Translations under genes and position numbers: made by a program
DNA from: Hyalangium minutum
Lineage (GTDB): Bacteria > Myxococcota > Myxococcia > Myxococcales > Myxococcaceae
Reading direction: 5' to 3'
Length of the DNA stretch: 64,000 nucleotides
Assembly: GCF_000737315.1 (NCBI RefSeq)
Contig: NZ_JMCB01000008.1
Span: 310,001 to 374,000 of the forward strand
Notes under the pieces: model-generated
What the model was told of the DNA's origin: nothing
Seen by the model: the letters and a program-made list of their open reading frames with translations, nothing else
Databases searched by the model: none
Part shown: positions 56,750-64,000 of the stretch, piece by piece
Numbering within the stretch: the stretch's first letter is position 1
How the letters are laid out: each line of letters begins with the position of its first letter

Positions 56750-58711
56750 TCACTGACAGGAGGCGTCGCTGCGCTCCACGCTGACGCTCTCCTGGCTCTG
56801 GCCGACGCCGTCCACCCGGATGCGCCAGGCGTGGCCGGCGGCGCAGGCCTGCACCTCGTACACGCTCCCGCTGCCGGAAGAGGAGACACGCGCGTGCTGG
56901 GTGGCGTACTCGCCAGCGGCAAAGAGGGTGGCGTAGTCCGTCTCGCCCCCCTGCCGCTGATAGAGCAGCACCGTCGCCTCCCTCTGCTTGCCGTAGTTGG
57001 TGCTGTACCAGCCATCCACCGGCTCCTTGCCGCCCCGCACCGTGGAGACGGACAGCCCCCGCGGGTTGGCTTGGACGATGCGCAGCAACCGCTGTCCCTC
57101 CTCGTTTTCCACCCGCGCCGTGGTGCCCTCCAGCGTGGGCATGAGGTCGGGCGGCAGGTGCCAGCGCTGCTCGTACTGGTGAGGCGTATCGGCCGTGAGG
57201 CGGTCGAGCACCAGCACCACGTCCTTCTCCAGCAGGAAGAGGCTGCGCCAGTGCATCACGCCCTCGTAGAGCGTGTGGTGGCCCGACTGGTAGAGCCACC
57301 CGTCCCCGGTGATGCTGGTGCCCAGCACGGCGTCCCCGAGGGCCTGGTCCTTGCCGTCCACCACCACCGTGTTGTGGGCGCGCGTGCCCTGGTAGTAGTC
57401 CTTCTCCGGCCCTGGATCTTCCGTGAACATCCCCGAGTCCGTCAGCAGCGTGCGGCCGGCTGCGAAGAGGACGAGGTTCAGCGCGTCCAGTTGACTGTGG
57501 TCGGTGCGGAAGGGGCCCGCGTCGAAGGTGACGTGTGTCTGCGCCAGGTACTCCTTCTGGCCTCCGAAGTCCGAGCGCAGGATGGCGAGGCCGCCGCTCC
57601 AGTACGTGGACAGCCGGTCGGTGGGTGCGGTGCCACACATGCCGGCGCTCAGCGTGTGGCGGAACTCGGGGTACTTCTCCGCCAGCCCGTAGAAGAGCGG
57701 GGGCAGGAAGCGGCGCACCTGGCGCGCTTGGCTGGCACCGAGCATGGGGATGTTCCCATCGGGCTGGATGATGCGCGCGCCCACGTACACCATGCGATCG
57801 ACGGCGGCCCAGAGGTTCCCCGGCAGCTTCACGTCGTACTTCTTGGCCCAGCCCGCGAGCATCCACACCTGGGCCATGACGTAGAAGTGGTAGTAGACCG
57901 AGTTCTCGACGATGAAGCCGTCAGGCGCGATGACCAGGTCGAGCAAGTCGGCGTAGCGCGAGAGGACCAGCTCGCGCCAGCCGGGTGACTCGGGCCAGCC
58001 TGGGAAGTTCTCCGCCACCAAGAGCAGCCCGGCCGCCTGGGCGAAACCGTGGTTGTAGCTGTCCTCGAAGTTCCTCGGTTTGGCGAGGAAGACCGCGTCC
58101 GAGCGAATCATGTCCTCGAGCAGGCGCGCCTCCTGGTGAGAGAGCGCGTTGGCGTGCTTGAGCTTCCAGTAGGTGTTGACGAGCACCATGGCGCGGAAGG
58201 CCGTGCCGTGCTTGTCCCAGCCGTAGGGCGAGGAGGGACCGTGCTGCGAATAACTCTCGAGCACCTGCATGAGCTTGTCGCGGTACTTGCGCAGCCCCGT
58301 CTCGCGGTAGGCCCACAAGAGGTGGGCGGTGGGCCGCAGCCCGTAGAAGACGAACTGCCAGTACTTCTCCCCGTAGGGGTCCTCCCGCCAGGTGAGGGAG
58401 TGGGGCAGCTTCACCGGCTCGTAGCGGGGCACGGGCCACGTGTCTTCCATGATGAGGTCGGCGCTCTCGAGGTCACCCTCATCCAGCTCGATATAGGCAA
58501 TCTCCTTGCCCCATCGGTGGCCTTCCACGACGCACTCCCCCCCGTCGCACTCACCCCGCTCCGAGTGCTCGGGCTCCTGCTCTTCGCAGAAGTAGGCCGC
58601 GAACCTGTCCTTGCCGGGATTCTCCGTGCACCCGGGCAGGGAAGACAGGAGCACGCTCGCTCCCACCAGAGCGACGACGGACCGCCAGACCATGCCTCTT
58701 CTCCGTTTCAT
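56750..58711 (-). CDS. Heparinase II/III-like polysaccharide lyase, lipoprotein
   Basis: Lipobox LPGC. YNHG, ENS.YYH, GPFRTDHSQLDALN, TRAHNTVVVDG. Confidence 0.8.
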   Translation of the reverse strand: MKRRRGMVWRSVVALVGASVLLSSLPGCTENPGKDRFAAYFCEEQEPEHSERGECDGGECVVEGHRWGKEIAYIELDEGDLESADLIMEDTWPVPRYEPVKLPHSLTWREDPYGEKYWQFVFYGLRPTAHLLWAYRETGLRKYRDKLMQVLESYSQHGPSSPYGWDKHGTAFRAMVLVNTYWKLKHANALSHQEARLLEDMIRSDAVFLAKPRNFEDSYNHGFAQAAGLLLVAENFPGWPESPGWRELVLSRYADLLDLVIAPDGFIVENSVYYHFYVMAQVWMLAGWAKKYDVKLPGNLWAAVDRMVYVGARIIQPDGNIPMLGASQARQVRRFLPPLFYGLAEKYPEFRHTLSAGMCGTAPTDRLSTYWSGGLAILRSDFGGQKEYLAQTHVTFDAGPFRTDHSQLDALNLVLFAAGRTLLTDSGMFTEDPGPEKDYYQGTRAHNTVVVDGKDQALGDAVLGTSITGDGWLYQSGHHTLYEGVMHWRSLFLLEKDVVLVLDRLTADTPHQYEQRWHLPPDLMPTLEGTTARVENEEGQRLLRIVQANPRGLSVSTVRGGKEPVDGWYSTNYGKQREATVLLYQRQGGETDYATLFAAGEYATQHARVSSSGSGSVYEVQACAAGHAWRIRVDGVGQSQESVSVERSDASCQ

Positions 58712-59056
58712 CCACCGTGTGTTGCCCTTGTGGCGCGCCCCAACTAGCTGCCTGACGGTGGGGCGCCAATCGCATGGCAGGGCGGGTGGGGGTCCAAGAA
58801 CGAACGCCCTACCCGTCCGGGTGGCTGGCGCGGAAACTGCTAGAGGCTCGTGACGTGCGGCGGCTCCGCCACACCCGAAGTGCTTTGCGGGCCCGGGGAG
58901 AGAAGGAGGCCGCGTCCTCGGCGTGGCTGACCTCGGATGGCCGCCAGCTCCTGCTCGAAGTTCGCGGACGACCTCTGGGTGGACATGGGCTGGAATGCCC
59001 GGGACGGCTCGGGCGTCACGGTCCACGCCGTGAAGCCCGAGGAGGAGCCCTGAGCA

Positions 59057-60208
59057 CTACCAGGGGCAGTTGACGACCTGGACGGTGCGCGTCACGGGCG
59101 TGGCGCTGTTGCCGCCACCGTCCGTCACGTTGTAGGTCAACGTGTACACGCCGACGGCCCAGGCATTCACTTCGCCCGTGCGCGACACCCACGGCGTGAT
59201 GTTTCCGGAGCACGCATCGGTCGCCGTCACGCCCGGATCTGTCCACGGGGTGTTGCACGTGTGCACGATGGACGCGGAGCCGAGGAGCGTCAGCGAGGGC
59301 GCCGTCGTGTCATCCACGATCACCGTGCGGGTGACGTCCACAGACCCCGCATGGTTCCACGTGGAGTACGAGACCGGGTACGAGCCCTCGTAGCTCAGCA
59401 GAGGGCCCGGCCCGGAGGAGTCCGTGCCCGTGTTGTACGCATGCACCACCAGCGGGTTGCCGCACCCATCCACAGCCTGAGCGCCCGGATCGCTGTACGT
59501 CCCTCCCTTGACGCACTCCAGTGTCAGCGGCGAGCCGCCGTTGACCGTGAGCACCGGAGGCAGCGACGCACAGGCCTGCGCGCCGAGGATGGGCGGCGTC
59601 GTCGTGGTGAAGAAGTTGGCATAGCTGGCGACGAAGTTATTCCCCTGCCAGATCGGGTACGGCCAGGGGATGGTCGCGGGATCCTCCGTGAGCGCGTTGC
59701 CGGTGAAGGTGCCACTCACCTCGACGTAAGGGCCCTGGATGGTGAGCGCGTCCAGCAAGACGGCGCCAGGATACCCGGCCGCACCGTTTGGTGGGACGAT
59801 CGCGGACGACAACCCTGCTCCCCTCAGGGTCCCCAGGGTGTTCGGGTCGAGGTTCCGGACGCTGACGCGCGTAATGTCCCCCATGAACCGGACGAACTCT
59901 CCATAGGTATACGCCGCCACGATGCCGTCAGCGCTGGCTTGGATCGCGACCTGCGGCAGGGCCCTCGAGGTCGTCAGTTCGAGGGACTTAGGCTGCACCG
60001 TGCAGGTGGGCGCGAGGACGGAACTCTCGACAGTGATTCTGTAGAAGGGCCGGGGGTATGGGATCGGGTCCACGTCTTCGAGGACCTTGATTGAATAACC
60101 ACAGCCTCCCCGTGCTGTTTGAGCGGCGCCGACGACAGGGAGACTGGCCAGAGCCGAGGTTCCCAGCAGAGAGACCATCCCGAGGACTACTTTTCCAAGC
60201 ATTTGCAT
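59057..60208 (-). CDS. Secreted protein with two Ig-like (DUF5011-type) repeats
   Basis: Signal peptide. Repeats YSDPGAQAVDGC and WTDPGVTATDAC...YTLTYNVTD...TRTVQV. Confidence 0.8.
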   Translation of the reverse strand: MQMLGKVVLGMVSLLGTSALASLPVVGAAQTARGGCGYSIKVLEDVDPIPYPRPFYRITVESSVLAPTCTVQPKSLELTTSRALPQVAIQASADGIVAAYTYGEFVRFMGDITRVSVRNLDPNTLGTLRGAGLSSAIVPPNGAAGYPGAVLLDALTIQGPYVEVSGTFTGNALTEDPATIPWPYPIWQGNNFVASYANFFTTTTPPILGAQACASLPPVLTVNGGSPLTLECVKGGTYSDPGAQAVDGCGNPLVVHAYNTGTDSSGPGPLLSYEGSYPVSYSTWNHAGSVDVTRTVIVDDTTAPSLTLLGSASIVHTCNTPWTDPGVTATDACSGNITPWVSRTGEVNAWAVGVYTLTYNVTDGGGNSATPVTRTVQVVNCPW

Positions 60209-60420
60209 TGTTGTACCTCCCGTGGTGACCGTCGGGCCGCGAAGCTAGCGCCAAGCCGCGTTCCGTGGAAGACGTGAATGAGAGGGAAAGCCGGTAAGTT
60301 TTTAGAAGACACAGGCACGTCCCCCCCCTGGCCAGAGGGAGTACACGCTGGCTACGCTCGCGTCCGTCAGGTGTGCCCTGCGCCCACCCCATCGCGCCGC
60401 AGGTCCCCAGGGAGGCTGCC

Positions 60421-61938
60421 TTGAAGGTTTCCGTTGTCCGCCGGTACGAGTCGAAGCTTGGTGACTCGGACTTCCATCCGTATCGCACCGGTGCCTGGAC
60501 GCCGAACACGGTGGAAGTCGATGCCACCGACCTGGATGTGATTGCGGGGGAGATTCCGCGTGATCTCGCAGGCCTCTACCTGCGCAACACGGAGAACCCT
60601 CTCTTTGAGGCCATCACCGGCCGCTATCACCCGTTCGACGGCGACGGGATGGTGCACGCCCTCCGCTTCCAGGAGGGCCGCGCGGAGTACCGCAATCGCT
60701 TCGTGAAGACCGCAGGGCTGCTCGCCGAGCTCGAAGCCGGCGGCGCGCTGTGGGCCGGAATCCTCGAGTCCCCCGAGGCCTCGCAGCGCGATGGCTGGGG
60801 CGCCCGGACGCGGATGAAGGATGCCTCGTCCACGGACATCCTCGTTCACCGGGGCGAAGCGCTCACCACCTTCTATCAGTGCGGAGATGCGTACCGGCTC
60901 GATCCGTACACGCTCGAGACGCGCGGCACGGTGCACTGGAGCGAGCAGACGCAAGGGAACCCGGGCGTGCGCGGGGTGTTCCCGAAGGGCGCGACTGTGT
61001 CCGCGCATCCGAAGGTGGACGAGCAAACCGGCGAGCTGCTGTTCTTCAACTACTCGAAGGAAGCGCCGTTCATGCACTTCGGGGTGATCAACGCGGAGGG
61101 GAAGCTCGCCCGCTACGTGCCGGTGCCCCTGCCGGGCCCGCGCCTTCCGCACGACATGGCGTTCACCGAAAACTACGCCATCCTCAATGACTTCCCGATG
61201 ATGTGGGACCCGGAGCGGCTCGCGAAGAACCAGCACCGCCCCGTGTACCGCCCGGAGCTGGGTTCACGCTTCGGGATCGTGCGCCGCGATGGCACCGGCT
61301 CCGTGCGCTGGTTCGAGGCGTCGCCCACCTACGTGCTGCACTTCTCCAACGCGTACGAGGAGGGCGACGAGATCATCCTCGAGGGCTACCACCAGGGTGC
61401 GCCGATTCCGAAGCGGCTCGAGGGCGAGACGGCGATCGATGCGTTCCGCAAGAGCCTGGACATGCGCGAGCTGCAGACGCGGCTCCACCGCTGGCGGTTC
61501 AACCTGTCCACGGGACAGACGAAGGAAGCGTTCCTCGATGATGAGGTGACCGAGTTCCCGACCATCGACAACCGCCTGGGCGGAAGGAAGCACCGCAAGG
61601 TGATCGCGATGACGGGCGAGCCGGGGCACTTCCTCTTCAACGGCCTGGTGGCGTACGACGTGGAGCGCGGGACGAAGCAGTCGTACCGCTTCCCGGAGGG
61701 CGTCTTCGCCAGCGAGTCCCCCATCGCCCCGCGCACGGGAGCACGCGGCGAGGCCGACGGTTACGTGGTGACCTTCGTGAGCGACCTGGGCAACGACAGC
61801 AGCGAGTGCCAGGTCTTCGACGCGGGGGAGATCGCCCGCGGCCCCATCGCGCGCATCCGGCTGCCGCACCGGATCTCCAGCGGTACGCACGCCACGTGGG
61901 TGTCCGAGGAGGACCTCGCGAAGCACCGCGCGCGGTAG
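60421..61938 (+). CDS. Carotenoid oxygenase (RPE65/lignostilbene dioxygenase) family protein
   Basis: TTG start after GGAGG. HPFDGDGM and four Fe-ligand His contexts (SAHPK, PHDM, VLHF, THATW). Confidence 0.9.
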   Translation: MKVSVVRRYESKLGDSDFHPYRTGAWTPNTVEVDATDLDVIAGEIPRDLAGLYLRNTENPLFEAITGRYHPFDGDGMVHALRFQEGRAEYRNRFVKTAGLLAELEAGGALWAGILESPEASQRDGWGARTRMKDASSTDILVHRGEALTTFYQCGDAYRLDPYTLETRGTVHWSEQTQGNPGVRGVFPKGATVSAHPKVDEQTGELLFFNYSKEAPFMHFGVINAEGKLARYVPVPLPGPRLPHDMAFTENYAILNDFPMMWDPERLAKNQHRPVYRPELGSRFGIVRRDGTGSVRWFEASPTYVLHFSNAYEEGDEIILEGYHQGAPIPKRLEGETAIDAFRKSLDMRELQTRLHRWRFNLSTGQTKEAFLDDEVTEFPTIDNRLGGRKHRKVIAMTGEPGHFLFNGLVAYDVERGTKQSYRFPEGVFASESPIAPRTGARGEADGYVVTFVSDLGNDSSECQVFDAGEIARGPIARIRLPHRISSGTHATWVSEEDLAKHRAR

Positions 61939-61950
61939 CGCATCCAGCGG

Positions 61951-63135
61951 TTACGCCCGGGCGAGCAGCCGCAGGCGCTCGGGCGAGCGGATGAAGAACG
62001 AGGACGTCCAGGCCACCTCCGGCTCCACCCGCTGGAGGCCCTTCCAGCGCGACAGCATCACCTCCAGCATGACCTTCGCCTCCAGCCGGGCCAGCGGCGC
62101 CCCGAGGCAGAAGTGGATGTCCTTGCCGAAGGCCAGGTGTCCCTGGGTGTCCCGGTGGATGTCGAAGCGGTCCGGATCCGGGAACCGGCTCTCGTCCCGG
62201 TTGGCCGATGCCAGCAGCGGCAACACGATGCTCCCCTGGGGAAGGTGCTCGCCGCCCACCTCCAGGTCCGTGGTCGTCTGCCGGAAGATGCACTGGGCCG
62301 GGCTTTCGTAGCGCAGCACCTCCTCCACCAACTGCGGAATGAGCGAGGGGTTCGCCCTCACCTCCTCGAAGACCTCGGGATGGTTCGTCAGCGTCACCAG
62401 GGTGTTGCCGATGAGGCTCGTCGTGGTCTCGTTGCCGGCAATCAGCAGCGTATTGATGAACCTCAGCACCTCCTCCGACGTCAGCTGGGCGCCCTCCACC
62501 TCCGCCTGCATCAGCAGCGAGATGAGATCCTCCTTCGGCTCGCGGCGCCGCAGCTCGATCTCCCCACTGAAGTAGTGGGCGAACTCCTGAGCCGATTTCT
62601 TCACCTGGGCCACGTTGCCCGCCTTGATCAACGACAGCGAGCTCACGGAGTCGTCTGACCAGCGCTTGAAGTCCCGGCGGCGCTCGGGCCCCACCCCGAG
62701 CAGCTCGGCGATGACGATCATCGGCAGAGGGACGGTGATGTCCTGCACCAGCTCGCACTCACGCTGACCGGCCACGGCCTCCACCAGCTCGTGGGAGATC
62801 TGCCGGATGCGCGGCTCCAGCTGGGCGATGGTGCGCGGAGTAAACGCCTTCGTCACCAGGCCGCGCAGCTTGCCGTGCCGGGGCGGATCCATCTGCACGA
62901 TGGAGGCCGAGGCGCTGCCCGGGCTCCGAAGCTCGGGCGGGATGCTGGCCGTATAGCCCGTGTTCGAGAAGTGCTTGGAGTTCTGGAGCAGACTCAGCAC
63001 GTCCTGGTAGCGGCCCACGCTCAAGAAGCCCGTGGGCATCAGCTTGCACACGGCGGACGCTCGGCGCATCTCCGAGAACACCGCGTAGGGGTTGCGCAGG
63101 ACGTGAGGCGCGGCGACGTCAAAGACGGCGATCAT
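61951..63135 (-). CDS. Cytochrome P450
   Basis: DPPRH, AGNETT, EVLRY, NRD, FGKDIHFCLG heme motif. Confidence 0.95.
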   Translation of the reverse strand: MIAVFDVAAPHVLRNPYAVFSEMRRASAVCKLMPTGFLSVGRYQDVLSLLQNSKHFSNTGYTASIPPELRSPGSASASIVQMDPPRHGKLRGLVTKAFTPRTIAQLEPRIRQISHELVEAVAGQRECELVQDITVPLPMIVIAELLGVGPERRRDFKRWSDDSVSSLSLIKAGNVAQVKKSAQEFAHYFSGEIELRRREPKEDLISLLMQAEVEGAQLTSEEVLRFINTLLIAGNETTTSLIGNTLVTLTNHPEVFEEVRANPSLIPQLVEEVLRYESPAQCIFRQTTTDLEVGGEHLPQGSIVLPLLASANRDESRFPDPDRFDIHRDTQGHLAFGKDIHFCLGAPLARLEAKVMLEVMLSRWKGLQRVEPEVAWTSSFFIRSPERLRLLARA

Positions 63136-63264
63136 GGGCTCTCCAAGCACAGGGGCTGCCACAGCCGCAGCGAACCGGCACATCCTAGCCCGCCCTCTCC
63201 TCCTGCGGGCCTCCCCCCCGCTGTCCCACATGCGCAGCAGGACGGACTCACCTAAACTGTCTCC

Positions 63265-64000
63265 ATGCCCCTCCATCCACAGGCAGCAAACTTCCTTTCC
63301 ATGGTGGCCGGCGCGCCGCCGCTCGACACACAAACCCCCGAGGAGAACCGGGCCGGGGTTCGGGCCGTCCTGCCACTGACCGGAGCACCCACGGCGCTGG
63401 CGGACGTCACCGACACCACGCTGCCAGGTCCGGGGGGCGCCATCCCCGTGCGAGTGTACCGCCCGAGCAACGCCTCCCAGTTGCCCGTCGTGGCGTACTT
63501 CCACGGCGGTGGATGGCTCCTGGGCGACCTGGACAGCCACGACTCCACGTGCCGGGACATCGCCCGTTACGCGGAGGCCGTGGTGGTGGCGGTCCACTAT
63601 CGCCTCGCACCCGAGAATCCATTTCCCGCCGCCTACGAGGACTGCCTGGCCGTCACAAAGGCCCTGCTGGACGACAGCGCCGGCCTCGGCACGGACCGCA
63701 CGAGGGTCGCCATCGCGGGAGACAGCGCAGGTGGCAACCTGGCCGCAGGCATCGCCCAGGCTCTGCGAGGCAGTTCCCCGGGGCTGGTCCACCAGGTGCT
63801 CATCTATCCCCTCATGGACGCGCGCCTGCACCCGACGGGCAGCTCCACGCAGTTCAGTGAGGGCCACTTCCTGTCCCGGCGTGACCTCGAGTACTTCGTG
63901 AACACCTACGCGGGCGCGGCCGACCGGCAGGACTGGCGCCTCTCCCCGGGGCTTGCCAAAGACTTGAGCGGCCTGCCAGCGGCGACCGTGCTCACCGCCG
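63265..64000 (+). CDS. Alpha/beta hydrolase (HSL-family esterase/lipase), runs off the window
   Basis: Manual translation from ATG 63265: YFHGGGW, YRLAPENPFPAA, GDSAGGNLA, SPG. Confidence 0.9.
   Translation, partial: MPLHPQAANFLSMVAGAPPLDTQTPEENRAGVRAVLPLTGAPTALADVTDTTLPGPGGAIPVRVYRPSNASQLPVVAYFHGGGWLLGDLDSHDSTCRDIARYAEAVVVAVHYRLAPENPFPAAYEDCLAVTKALLDDSAGLGTDRTRVAIAGDSAGGNLAAGIAQALRGSSPGLVHQVLIYPLMDARLHPTGSSTQFSEGHFLSRRDLEYFVNTYAGAADRQDWRLSPGLAKDLSGLPAATVLTA

Overview
GC-rich myxobacterial DNA (Myxococcales/Cystobacterineae-like gene content). About 1-22.7 kb is mostly conserved backbone: a five-gene mevalonate operon (fni-mvaA-mvk-mvaD-PMK), htpX, a lipoyl-less E2 acyltransferase, a HAMP histidine kinase, an M16 peptidase, and Kelch and TPR lipoproteins. 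It is interrupted at 4.4-7.1 kb by a lipoprotein HNH(WHH) toxin with SMI1/KNR4 immunity and a dead CHAT fragment. About 22.7-56 kb is a decayed accessory region. Its organising signal is six copies of a sequence matching a tmRNA-type 3' end (GCGGGTTCGATTCCCGCCGCCTCCA), four on + and two on -. Several have short arm-like direct repeats nearby, and no integrase or full ssrA gene is visible in the window. The copies partition the region into candidate att-bounded cassettes: (i) a 21-Kelch surface protein plus an IS5 relic; (ii) a lipoprotein/partner pair plus a kinase; (iii) aldo/keto reductase, TMEM175, a prophage relic carrying a Schlafen/AlbA_2 gene, and DUF2381-kinase-pseudokinase; (iv) a split IS91-like transposase whose 83-bp duplication brackets cargo, including a candidate pore-forming protein and a LanM relic. 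A palindrome-rich element with a 248-aa ORF occurs once intact and once as an internally deleted copy. About 56-64 kb holds intact accessory genes: TSP3 lipoprotein, heparinase II/III-like lipoprotein, Ig-repeat protein, carotenoid oxygenase, P450 and an esterase. All calls come from motif recognition by eye; no searches were run.
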